Made by a program: the position numbers and the translations under genes. This document shows, piece by piece, positions 53,563 through 62,454 of a stretch of DNA of 64,000 bases. How positions within the stretch are numbered: the first letter of the stretch is position 1; each line of letters opens with the position of its first letter. The notes under the pieces are model-generated. The model did no database searches. It saw nothing but the letters and a program-made list of their open reading frames with translations, and was not told where the DNA came from. Source of the DNA: an uncultured Rhodohalobacter sp. (GTDB taxonomy: Bacteria > Bacteroidota > Rhodothermia > Balneolales > Balneolaceae); contig CAYNZY010000007.1 of assembly GCA_964401805.1 (NCBI GenBank), forward strand, positions 20,982-84,981, given 5' to 3'.

Positions 53563-53621
53563 AATGAATAAATTTTTGTTTCTAAATATCGCCAAATCAG
53601 AAAATATAAGCTTACAAAAGA

Positions 53622-53649
53622 TAGACACACTATGATACAGTATTCTTAC
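53622..53649 (-). promoter_or_regulatory. ECF-type promoter of the first DUF3179 gene
   Basis: GTAAG-N17-TGTCTA on the minus strand. Confidence 0.7.
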
Positions 53650-53829
53650 TTGTAATCCGGATTCTCTAAATTCCAACGCGTTCCTTCATCCAGATAAGTC
53701 GGCCCGGGACCTGCTTCACCGATCCAGCCACAGTCAGCCTGTAGCAATATTGTATACCCATCATGCTGAAGGAAGTAAAGTATATTCATAGCGCAATGCT
53801 TTTAAATTCGAAAAATCGGGTTTACTCAT
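53646..53829 (-). pseudogene. Internally deleted flavodoxin/NAD(P)H-dependent FMN oxidoreductase family remnant
   Basis: MSKPDFSNLKAL joins out of frame to KHCAMNILYFLQHDGYTILLQADCGWIGEAGPGPTYLDEG and then TRWNLENPDYK-stop. These match N-terminal, internal and C-terminal blocks recalled for this family. Confidence 0.7.
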
Positions 53830-53857
53830 GGTGCGTCTTTGATTGAAAAATTTATTT

Positions 53858-53889
53858 AAAAATAAAGCAGCCCGGCTACTAACCGGGCT
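53858..53889 (-). terminator. Probable terminator of the DsrE gene
   Basis: AGCCCGG-N7-CCGGGCT stem with an A-rich run on the left. Confidence 0.6.
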
Positions 53890-53921
53890 ACCATAGGAGT
53901 TATGCGTTTGTCGTGTATCAA

Positions 53922-54278
53922 TCAAAAAGTTACAATCTGATACCCATCCTGAATAAATGAACGCAGGCTCGGATGATCATCGTAATCATCCAAAAGATCT
54001 ACATCTGTTTTACTCACGTCATTAATCACTCCAAACGCTTTGGAACAAAATTTACAGGCCCCGTGAATACTACCCTTCACGGCCTTATAAAGCGGGTGGG
54101 CATCGTGCTCTTCATCCGCAAGCTTTGGCACCCACGTAGTTCCTGCTCCGTCGAAAACAATTTTTACTTTATCATTATGATCCTGAAGCTCTTTAGCGAA
54201 CTCCAGAGCGTTAACAACTCGCCCCAGCGCTTCATGACTTCCGGCTTCTGCCAAAACAACTACAGCTACTTTGTTCAT
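53922..54278 (-). CDS. DsrE/DsrF-like family protein
   Basis: GRVVNAL.FA, VKIVFDGAGT, GACKFCSKAFG (CxxC), GYQIVTF; 118 aa. Confidence 0.82.
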   Translation of the reverse strand: MNKVAVVVLAEAGSHEALGRVVNALEFAKELQDHNDKVKIVFDGAGTTWVPKLADEEHDAHPLYKAVKGSIHGACKFCSKAFGVINDVSKTDVDLLDDYDDHPSLRSFIQDGYQIVTF

Positions 54279-54316
54279 TGTACTATCTCTTTTTTCATTC
54301 AGAGTTTACAACTAAT

Positions 54317-54344
54317 TGGACGCGGTCACTCAAGCATTTCTTAC
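54317..54344 (-). promoter_or_regulatory. ECF-type promoter of the DsrE gene
   Basis: GTAAG-N17-CGTCCA on the minus strand, 38 bp upstream of the ATG. Confidence 0.72.
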
Positions 54345-54658
54345 GAAAATAAAATCCACAAATACTCCCTTCTTTAACTCCCTACCTGATGAATACTTAA
54401 TGAGGTATCACGAATTGTGTAAATTATTCGGCCAACATTGTTTAAATATTATCAGAAATATTTGCAGGTTGGCATACATCTTTGAAGGCCGGTAGATCAA
54501 TAAAATACTTAGTATCGCCTCTAAAATTGAGCTAACCGAAATTGACTGATTTTCACTCATCAATTCAATCGGGTTTAGAATTTTATCCTTATGGCCTAAT
54601 CTATTATCCTCCACTACTTTTTATTGATGATAGAAACTATGTTGGTTAAATTAGTCGG

Positions 54659-55930
54659 ATGAAAAATGTACTCTTGATTGCCCCATATTTTCCTCCACGG
54701 CGCCGAGTTGCATCACTAAGACCTTTCAAATTTGCCATTAGACTAAAAAAATTCGGTTGGAATCCTACTGTACTAACAATCCAATCTACCAAAGGCCTAC
54801 TCTCGAATAATGAGCAAGATCTGCTAAACGGAGTTAAAATCGTTGAAATAACACCCCCTTTTGATCGCACAACGTCAACAGCAAAAGAGCCATCCGCTAC
54901 TCAAAAGGGTCCAAATAGAGTTTCCGGATTTATTTCTGAACAAATTGACAAACATACACCGCTGGATACCTGGATCTTGTTGTTTTTGCTCAGATATTCA
55001 TCCATAAAAAAAGATGTGGCCAAATATAAGCCGGATTTGATCTGGAGTACGGGTGATCCATGGTCCGGGCACTGGTTGGGTCACAAACTGTCAAATGAGT
55101 TAAAGATTCCCTGGATAGCTGATTTTCGTGATCCCTGGACACTTTCTGAGGTGAACTTGCGGCCAAGATCTTTATTTTCACACTGGGTTGACCGCAAAGC
55201 TGAAAGAAAATATGTCAAATCCGCCGATCACCTGATATTCACTTCCCGGCAAACCGAGCAGCTCTACAAAGAGCACTACCATCTACAGGATGATAAAACA
55301 TCGACTATTTACAACGCATACGATCCGCTTTTAAATCAAAAAAGTATCGATTGGGATGTTGTTCTGGATGATGACTATTTTCATGTTCTGTTTTTTGGCC
55401 AGTTTAGAAAATTAAGCCCGGTAGAGCCCATTGCGAAAGCCGTAAGCCTTATGAGTCCTGAAAAAATGAACCGTCTGAAAATTCACTCTTTTGGTTCGAT
55501 GATCAATAAAGATGCAGAGCTAATTGATATGCTAAATGTGGAAGACCAGTTTGTTATTCATAATCCTGTATTACCCTCGCAGACGATGAATGTTTTAGAA
55601 AAAGCAGATTTGTTACTTGTCAGCACCGATCAGAGACGAAAGCATATTATCCCTGCGAAATTGTGGGATTATCTTGCCACCGATCGGCCGATTTTATCTA
55701 TAGCCCCAAACCCCGAAGTAGGAACTATTCTCGAATCGACCGGACAGGGGAAGCAGATCAATCCGGATCACCCAAAAAAAATTGCTTTATTTCTTGAGGA
55801 ACAAATTTCAGAAAAGGAAGCAGGAAGTTCAAAAAAGAGTAACCGGAAATCGTACTCTAATAAATTTACAATAGAAGCTGCAACATCAACCCTTGCGCAG
55901 CGAATGGATCAGGTTCTGACAGTTGGGTAA
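54659..55930 (+). CDS. Glycosyltransferase, GT-B fold (GT4-like)
   Basis: LLIAPYFPP, PWIADFRDPW, IYNAYD, IPAKLWDYLATDRPIL. Confidence 0.88.
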   Translation: MKNVLLIAPYFPPRRRVASLRPFKFAIRLKKFGWNPTVLTIQSTKGLLSNNEQDLLNGVKIVEITPPFDRTTSTAKEPSATQKGPNRVSGFISEQIDKHTPLDTWILLFLLRYSSIKKDVAKYKPDLIWSTGDPWSGHWLGHKLSNELKIPWIADFRDPWTLSEVNLRPRSLFSHWVDRKAERKYVKSADHLIFTSRQTEQLYKEHYHLQDDKTSTIYNAYDPLLNQKSIDWDVVLDDDYFHVLFFGQFRKLSPVEPIAKAVSLMSPEKMNRLKIHSFGSMINKDAELIDMLNVEDQFVIHNPVLPSQTMNVLEKADLLLVSTDQRRKHIIPAKLWDYLATDRPILSIAPNPEVGTILESTGQGKQINPDHPKKIALFLEEQISEKEAGSSKKSNRKSYSNKFTIEAATSTLAQRMDQVLTVG

Positions 55931-57437
55931 AAAAAACGATAATCTTACCGAAAAAACGGGTGTGGTGGTCTTTTCCCGCATCATCACTACCGTAATTGAT
56001 CTGGCAATTGTAATTGCCACTCTCCAATTGCTGTCCAAAACAGATGTTGCCATACTGATGTATCTGTTGATGATACATGAGATTGCCCGGAATATGGCTA
56101 CACTCGGTTTTCCGGAGAGTGTATTTTACTATTTTGAACGAGTTGGGGGCAGCGCCAGGAAAGCATTCGTACTGCAAACGGTCTCCATTCTTCTTGTAAC
56201 TGCTTTGATTGCCGGACTCATCATTTTGGGCGTCAGTTATTTTGCCCCCGTGTTATTAAGTGAGTGGGATCCTGCCAGCGCTTTTCAGGTGCAGAATCTT
56301 CTGCCCTGGGTGGCACTTATAGCACTGCTGGAAATTCCAACGTGGCCAACCACAAATATCCTGCTCGCTCTGGATCGTCAAAAAGATTCAGCCTGGTACG
56401 AAATGTCAACAAGCTTGCTTGTATTTGTCTGTTTGATTGGGCCTTTATTGCTTGGCTACGGTATCGAAGTTGCAATGCTTGGCTTCGTCGTCTATGGGAT
56501 CATTCGATTCGCGGGATCATTTATCTGGCTTCAACGTGTTTTACCGGAGGGAAAAATTTCAGATTCCGAGGTTCCTCTTAAGGAACAGGTCAATTTTTCG
56601 GCTCCTTTGGGATTTTCCGCCCTAGTAAATAAAATTAACCGCTACGCCGATAAATTTATCGTTTCTGTATTGCTCTCGGCCACTGCTTATGCCGAGTATT
56701 CCGTGGGAGCACAGGAAATGCCTATAATCCGGGTCATTCCGTTTGCCGTTGGTTCGGTACTCATTAGTCGGTATGTAGCATTCCAGCTGGAAGAAAAAAA
56801 GGAAGAGTTGCTGGAGCTCTGGTATAAAGGTGTGGAAAAAGTAAGCCTGCTTGTTATACCACTCACAATTATGTCGATTGTAATCGCTCCCGACCTGATT
56901 TCATTAATAGCCGAATCTGAAGGAGAAGATTACTCAAATGCTGTGTTACCTTTCCAGATTTACAACCTCATCGTGTTAATGAGGATTACACACTACGGCA
57001 GTATCCTGCAAGCTTTTGGAGATACCAAAGGTGTGTTTTATCTCAGCTTAAATTTAGTAGTAGCTAATATCGCTTTAAGCATTCCATTTACAATCTGGTT
57101 CGGTATTGCAGGTACTGCAGCTGCAACATTTATTGCCAACATGTATAACTGGTATATAACCTTAAGGAGAATAGGCGGGCATATGGATCTTCCGGCTCAC
57201 AAAGTGCTTCCATTCCCTTTTTACTTAAAAGTACTGGGAACGTCTGTACTGGTTGCTATTCCGGTATGGTACTTCCGGAGCTTATTTTTTGATACCGAAA
57301 GTGTAATAACAGGACTTGTTTTTGGGATTGTAATGTACCTTTTTGTTTTCAGTGTGGCAGCTACGATGTTAAGGGTAATTACATCCGATGACTGGAAAAA
57401 ACTGAGAAACTGGCTTCAGCTAAAATTTTTAAGATGA
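55923..57437 (+). CDS. Polysaccharide flippase (Wzx/MOP superfamily)
   Basis: About 12-14 hydrophobic segments, ADKFIVS and GIAGTAAAT motifs; TTG start overlaps the GT stop. Confidence 0.85.
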   Translation: MGKKNDNLTEKTGVVVFSRIITTVIDLAIVIATLQLLSKTDVAILMYLLMIHEIARNMATLGFPESVFYYFERVGGSARKAFVLQTVSILLVTALIAGLIILGVSYFAPVLLSEWDPASAFQVQNLLPWVALIALLEIPTWPTTNILLALDRQKDSAWYEMSTSLLVFVCLIGPLLLGYGIEVAMLGFVVYGIIRFAGSFIWLQRVLPEGKISDSEVPLKEQVNFSAPLGFSALVNKINRYADKFIVSVLLSATAYAEYSVGAQEMPIIRVIPFAVGSVLISRYVAFQLEEKKEELLELWYKGVEKVSLLVIPLTIMSIVIAPDLISLIAESEGEDYSNAVLPFQIYNLIVLMRITHYGSILQAFGDTKGVFYLSLNLVVANIALSIPFTIWFGIAGTAAATFIANMYNWYITLRRIGGHMDLPAHKVLPFPFYLKVLGTSVLVAIPVWYFRSLFFDTESVITGLVFGIVMYLFVFSVAATMLRVITSDDWKKLRNWLQLKFLR

Positions 57438-57458
57438 TTTTAATGTCCTTTGCATTAT

Positions 57459-58295
57459 CTAAAAACCTCGTTTAAATAGCGTAATTCCCTTTTCACTGTG
57501 GAATTTCTCAACAGTAAATTCCTCAAATTTTTCTATCCATAGTTTAATAATCTCTGTTTCTTCGGATCTGTTTGTATCATGCATGATCACAACTGCGTGT
57601 TCACTCAAATGATCATAAAGTAAAGGCAAAGCAGGATATCTTGCATTTTTTTGTGTTTTTACCGGAGGCCCATCCACAACAAGCAGATCAATTGGCTTTT
57701 CAAATTTAATTTGATCTGTGGAGTACCATAGCCACTCTTCGTTTTCAATCGTAACCATTTCCAATGGGGCGACACGGATTTCTACCTTATCAGACAATCC
57801 ATGTAATTTTACTTCATCTTCTGTTTTTGATGCAAACAGCGGGTCATGGTCAAGCGAAATAATCTTTCCGTCAATATTATGTTTTTCAAGCGAATATCCT
57901 GAAATGAGAGTCGTTATTCCGCTGCCAATCTCAACAATTGTGGCAGGACGATACTTCTGAATCGCTTTTAGTAAAAATGCTGACAGTTCAGGTGTCGCTG
58001 CCCAACCGGTCATTGGAGGAAGCGGGGCGCGAACAGGAAGAAATTTATAAATTTCATTAAGAACTTGTGTTTTGTACTGCAAATGTTCCCTTTCAGCAAC
58101 ACTTAAACGGTAAACATGAAACTGTGATAAAAGGATAAAAAACAGAGTGACTGTAAGCAGGTATATGGTGTATGCACCTTCCGAAAAAATCAGATGACCT
58201 ATGGCTACAAGAACAAAATAGAAAAGGAAAGTTTGAAGGATATAAGGCCAATCAGCGTGTCTGATTTTACTCTGAAGAGAAAAAATTTCAGCCAT
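57459..58295 (-). CDS. Membrane-anchored class I SAM-dependent methyltransferase
   Basis: Two N-terminal TM segments, IVEIGSGITT, SLDHD, DLLVVDGPP, RYPALP. Confidence 0.85.
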   Translation of the reverse strand: MAEIFSLQSKIRHADWPYILQTFLFYFVLVAIGHLIFSEGAYTIYLLTVTLFFILLSQFHVYRLSVAEREHLQYKTQVLNEIYKFLPVRAPLPPMTGWAATPELSAFLLKAIQKYRPATIVEIGSGITTLISGYSLEKHNIDGKIISLDHDPLFASKTEDEVKLHGLSDKVEIRVAPLEMVTIENEEWLWYSTDQIKFEKPIDLLVVDGPPVKTQKNARYPALPLLYDHLSEHAVVIMHDTNRSEETEIIKLWIEKFEEFTVEKFHSEKGITLFKRGF

Positions 58296-58763
58296 AATAT
58301 TTGTTTAAAATTAAGTTTTTGATATGCTCGATAATAAAATTCAATCAAACGGCAATGTTTTTAATAATTTAACACGATCAGACGATGAGGTAAGATTATG
58401 TTTGCACGGCTTTATTTTCTAAATCGTTTAACTTTTTTTCCAGAACACCATTATTTCAATTCTAAAAAAATGATTCTTAAAGTAGCAATATCTGATTAGC
58501 CACTCAATTCCTGCTCTATCAAAAAAATTACAGATGTAAATCAGGAGATATCGCGGAATGCTTGTTCCACGGATGGATAGAATCAAAGTCAGTCTTTTAT
58601 ACTGTCCGAAATCTATGCGATTAACCCCAATACATTTTAGCATAATAATTAATCTAATCTCAAATAATCATGAAAATTATGATATATGCTTTACTTATAA
58701 CAGTAATCTATTATTTTCAGATGAACAGAGTTAGACTGAATTTATTCAAATCCGGAGTGGTCG

Positions 58764-59426
58764 ATGCTTAAGTGGTTCAGGAAAAATAATAAGAATAATG
58801 GCTCATCGCTTTCCAATGACGACTGGATTACACAGCTTACTCCACCTCCTGAGGATCAAGCCATTGCAAAACTTCGGGCTATTTTAATTCGCGGACTAAA
58901 ACCGGCTCTCTATAAATATGTAGACCGGGAGCTGGATCAATTTGTTGAAGATACTGTGCAAGATGCATTACTGAAGATCTTGGACAAGGTTGACACATTT
59001 CGCGGAGAGAGTAAATTCACGACCTGGGCGATGAAGATTGCCGTGCGAGAGGGGCTCTCCGAATTAAGAAGGGCCAAATACAAGGATATCTCACTCAGCG
59101 ACTTGGTTATAAATGATGATGAATCGGGGCGGGAGGAAATCAATCAGAAGAGCTTTACGGACGACCAACCCGGTCCGGATCGAGCAACTCACGAGCGGAT
59201 GATTCTCCAAAGGGTTCAGAAAATGATCGACGAAGAACTTACCGATAAACAGAAAACTGCGATGAACGCCTTGATGATGCATGGAATCCCGATTGAAGTT
59301 GTTGCTGAACAGATGGGCACAAACCGTAATGCGCTCTATAAACTGGTACACGACGCAAGACTAAAAATGAAGGAGCGACTTATGGCAGAGGGAATTGATC
59401 CGGATGAAATGTTAAACCAATTGTAA
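58764..59426 (+). CDS. ECF-type RNA polymerase sigma factor
   Basis: Region 2 EDTVQDALLKI..FRGESKFTTWAMKIA and region 4 LTDKQK..EVVAEQMGTNRNALYKLVHDAR. Confidence 0.93.
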   Translation: MLKWFRKNNKNNGSSLSNDDWITQLTPPPEDQAIAKLRAILIRGLKPALYKYVDRELDQFVEDTVQDALLKILDKVDTFRGESKFTTWAMKIAVREGLSELRRAKYKDISLSDLVINDDESGREEINQKSFTDDQPGPDRATHERMILQRVQKMIDEELTDKQKTAMNALMMHGIPIEVVAEQMGTNRNALYKLVHDARLKMKERLMAEGIDPDEMLNQL

Positions 59427-59450
59427 GATTTTTTTTCACCGAACCGTCTA
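59423..59450 (+). promoter_or_regulatory. ECF-type promoter of the anti-sigma gene
   Basis: GTAAG-N17-CGTCTA; the -35 element overlaps the sigma gene stop codon. Confidence 0.75.
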
Positions 59451-59476
59451 AGGTTCGAAAGATTTAGGAGCTAAAT

Positions 59477-59713
59477 ATGAAACTGACACAAGACAAACTT
59501 AAAAGTATGATCCGGATGGTCAAAATGACACTGGATCACGAAATCGGGTGTGACGACTGTTATGACCAGCTGCATGAATTTGCTGAACTGGAACTGCAAG
59601 GCAAAACCCCGGAAAAGGCGATGCCAAGTGTAAAAGAACACCTTGAGCGCTGCGGCAACTGCCGTCAGGAGTATGAAGCCCTTCTCAAGGCTTTAGAAAC
59701 TGTAGCAGCCTGA
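59477..59713 (+). CDS. Soluble zinc-binding anti-sigma factor (zf-HC2/ZAS)
   Basis: CDDC...HLERCGNC (Hx3Cx2C), no TM segment, AGGAG RBS, directly after the ECF gene. Confidence 0.88.
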   Translation: MKLTQDKLKSMIRMVKMTLDHEIGCDDCYDQLHEFAELELQGKTPEKAMPSVKEHLERCGNCRQEYEALLKALETVAA

Positions 59714-59736
59714 TAATATACTAAAGAGACAGAACG

Positions 59737-59764
59737 GTAAGACTTTACCTTGTTGTTACATCAA
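59737..59764 (+). promoter_or_regulatory. ECF-type promoter of the second DUF3179 gene and the barrel gene
   Basis: GTAAG-N17-CATCAA, 40 bp upstream of ATG 59805. Confidence 0.68.
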
Positions 59765-59804
59765 AGAAGCAGAACGGTTTTAACTTATAAGCTTGTATCA
59801 ACAA

Positions 59805-60899
59805 ATGGTAAATCAGTCACTATATTCAATTCTCCTGTTGAGCTTTTTGCTCATTTCCTGCGAGTCCGTATCTACCAACACTTCAACACCAGATAATCCT
59901 AATACAAACACGGATAGCAGCTGGCTTATCCCGGAAGACCAGGTATTTGTAGGCGCCGGACGTGATGACATTCCATCCATTGACGACCCTTCATTTAAAC
60001 CGGTCGGCGACATCAATTTTCTCGAAGATGATGAGCTTATTATTGGAATTAAGATTGGGGACGAAATCAGAGGCTACCCTCATCAAATTTTGAACTACCA
60101 TGAGATTGTAAATGATTTTATTGGTGATGAAGCGGTAGCTGTCACATTTTGCCCTCTCACCGGATCAGCCGTGGCATGGAACAGGGAAATTGAAGGAGAA
60201 GTTACGGAGTTTGGCGTTTCCGGATTGATTCATAAAAACAATCTCATCGCTTACGATCGCGCCACAAATTCTTACTGGAGTCAAATGCTCGAACAGAGCG
60301 TAAATGGTGAGCGAATTGGCACCAGACTGCAATCATACACTGTTATTGAGATGAATTGGGAAACATGGAAACAGCATTTCCCGGATTCTGAAGTACTCAC
60401 TGGCGAGACCGGATTTGATCGTGACTACTCCTCCTACCCATATGGTCGAAACTACAGCAGTGACGACGATAACATTGTCTTCCCAATTAACCGGGAAGAT
60501 AACCGCCTGGACCGGAAAGAACTTGGGCATGGTGTTTTGTACAATCTGGATTTACACGTATTTGTCCTATCTGATTTTCCGGATTCAACTATTACGGTGA
60601 ATAGAAATGTAGCCGGTGAGGATATTGTGATTATTGGCAATTCCGAACAGGACTTCATCACTTCCTACTCCTCCGTAGCATCGGACGGAACCGTATTGCG
60701 TTTTTCAGTTTCTGAACAGGAACCGCCTGCATTTCTGGAAGATGAAGAAGGAAATGTCTGGAATTATTTTGGAGAAGCAATTTCTGGCCCCAGAACAGGC
60801 GAAATGCTAAAACCCATTCGATCATACAACGCATACTGGTTTGCCTGGGCAGATTTCTTCGGACTGGACCCGAGAAGGCCCCATATTTCCACACCTTAA
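59805..60899 (+). CDS. DUF3179 domain lipoprotein (CxxT), paralog of 52435-53562
   Basis: Lipobox LISC, DDIPSIDDP, YPHQILNYHEIVND, TFCPLT, FGVSGL, YDRATNSYWSQ, YWFAW. Confidence 0.87.
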   Translation: MVNQSLYSILLLSFLLISCESVSTNTSTPDNPNTNTDSSWLIPEDQVFVGAGRDDIPSIDDPSFKPVGDINFLEDDELIIGIKIGDEIRGYPHQILNYHEIVNDFIGDEAVAVTFCPLTGSAVAWNREIEGEVTEFGVSGLIHKNNLIAYDRATNSYWSQMLEQSVNGERIGTRLQSYTVIEMNWETWKQHFPDSEVLTGETGFDRDYSSYPYGRNYSSDDDNIVFPINREDNRLDRKELGHGVLYNLDLHVFVLSDFPDSTITVNRNVAGEDIVIIGNSEQDFITSYSSVASDGTVLRFSVSEQEPPAFLEDEEGNVWNYFGEAISGPRTGEMLKPIRSYNAYWFAWADFFGLDPRRPHISTP

Positions 60900-60911
60900 A
60901 AGCCGGAGTAC

Positions 60912-61883
60912 ATGGTTCGAAAAATAACTTACCTGGTCTTATTTGCTGCTTTTAGCTTATCAGTCCAGGTTTTATATGCCCAAACCTGTAGCTGTGCCGG
61001 AGCCCCACTCCTGGGATCTCAAAGTTTGGGTACAACCGAATCAGGAAACCTGGTGATAGGCCTCACTCACGAGTATAATGATATTTCCAGCCTATACGCA
61101 GGTAACGCGTCACTTGATGACTCAAACACGACCCGTGCCACAAACTCCACTCTGCTGGAAATCAATTATGGTTTCAGCAGAAGGTTATCTCTTTCTGCAA
61201 CGTTTAGTTATGTGACAAAAAACAGGATTACCGGTCGTTCGACTTCCAACCCCGATGATATCACAACCCGAGGCATCGGTGACGGAGTTTTCCTTTTGAA
61301 ATATGTATTAAAAGAGCACTCTCTGGCTTCACAGTACTCCATAGCAGTGGGCAGCGGTGTGAAGGCTCCCTTTGGTACTACATCACTTCGGAACAACGGT
61401 TTTCAGATGAACGCCGACATGCAGCCCGGATCCGGCGCATGGGATGCAGTTTTTTGGAGTTACGCCTCTGCTTCATTTGTTCCTCATACCGACTTTTCGG
61501 TCTATATGCTGAATTCTTACCGCCTTACGGGTAAAAATGATCGTTTCGGTGAAAATGATGAGTACAAGTTTGGCAACGAATGGATTACGATGGTCGGGAC
61601 GGGAAACTCGCTAACGGACCAACTCGGGTACTCTCTATCATTCCGGTTCAGATATACAACTTCAGATCAGCGAAACAATCAGGATATGCCAAATACCGGA
61701 GGGACCTGGCTTATGGTCAATCCCGCTCTCTCCTACGATCTTTTTGATCAGCTAACGATTCGGCTTAGCGGCAATGTCCCGGTTTACCAACATCTTGAAG
61801 GGACTCAGCCGACAACATCCTACACGGCATCCCTTTCACTATTCTACTCTTTTAACAAGTCCGCCGACTTTGTAAAGTATTAA
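60912..61883 (+). CDS. Putative outer-membrane beta-barrel transporter with N-terminal CxC
   Basis: Signal peptide LYA-Q followed by TCSCAG; GIGD, KAPFG, MQPGSGAWD and PNTGG motifs; alternating strands. Confidence 0.7.
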   Translation: MVRKITYLVLFAAFSLSVQVLYAQTCSCAGAPLLGSQSLGTTESGNLVIGLTHEYNDISSLYAGNASLDDSNTTRATNSTLLEINYGFSRRLSLSATFSYVTKNRITGRSTSNPDDITTRGIGDGVFLLKYVLKEHSLASQYSIAVGSGVKAPFGTTSLRNNGFQMNADMQPGSGAWDAVFWSYASASFVPHTDFSVYMLNSYRLTGKNDRFGENDEYKFGNEWITMVGTGNSLTDQLGYSLSFRFRYTTSDQRNNQDMPNTGGTWLMVNPALSYDLFDQLTIRLSGNVPVYQHLEGTQPTTSYTASLSLFYSFNKSADFVKY

Positions 61884-62389
61884 TTCTGAGTCCCGTTGTT
61901 TCGTTTTTTATACTCTGTAAACTCAACATTTTCGACATCTTCATCCCGGATATATTCCAAAAGCAGTATAAACTCATTTTCATCTGCAAAACCCCGGTAC
62001 CTGCCAATAACTTCACCCTCACTACTCATAAACATAATTGTTGGGGTTGCATCAATTCGCATTTGATGACTGAATGATTTTTGACTCATCTCTCGATCCT
62101 GATAGATGATTTTTTCTTCTGACTCAATATCAATAGCCACCGGAACAAATCCCTCTCCAACTTCGGCCTGAACCGAACGCTGTGGAAAAACCTCACTCCT
62201 CATCTGTTTACAAAAACCACACCATTCCGCTTCAAAAAAGAGAACCAGGGTTTTGCCGTCATGATCAGCCGAAGTTATGGCAGAGTTAAAATCATTCCAG
62301 TTGAGTGAACCGGATTGAGCCACTCCCCGGTCAAAATCAGCAAGGATAAATAGTAAGAGCAGAAAAAGGGGTATAAACTGTTTCATCAT
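61880..62389 (-). CDS. Exported thioredoxin-fold protein (SoxW/DsbD-gamma-like)
   Basis: Signal peptide (VA-Q), FEAEWCGFCKQM (CxxC), cis-Pro loop ATPT. Confidence 0.88.
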   Translation of the reverse strand: MMKQFIPLFLLLLFILADFDRGVAQSGSLNWNDFNSAITSADHDGKTLVLFFEAEWCGFCKQMRSEVFPQRSVQAEVGEGFVPVAIDIESEEKIIYQDREMSQKSFSHQMRIDATPTIMFMSSEGEVIGRYRGFADENEFILLLEYIRDEDVENVEFTEYKKRNNGTQN

Positions 62390-62426
62390 CACGAATTACT
62401 TGAAATGGAAAGATATCTTTATCGCT

Positions 62427-62454
62427 TAGATGAGTTGTTCTACCACGTCCTTAC
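62427..62454 (-). promoter_or_regulatory. ECF-type promoter of the thioredoxin gene
   Basis: GTAAG-N17-CATCTA on the minus strand; the -35 element overlaps the GH13 stop codon. Confidence 0.72.

Noticed and set aside
53563-53676. Extended N-terminus of DUF3179 #1 from the ORF track (TTG 53676)
   Set aside because: It overlaps the pseudogene end and the predicted promoter, and the lipoprotein signal fits ATG 53562.
54408-54614. Short intergenic ORFs 54408-54614 and 58428-58643
   Set aside because: They lie in AT-rich gaps with no recognisable motifs or RBS and cannot be supported as genes.
52435-60899. Selenocysteine read-through in the DUF3179 genes
   Set aside because: Both ORFs are uninterrupted and have Cys codons at the CPLT motif; there is no in-frame TGA.
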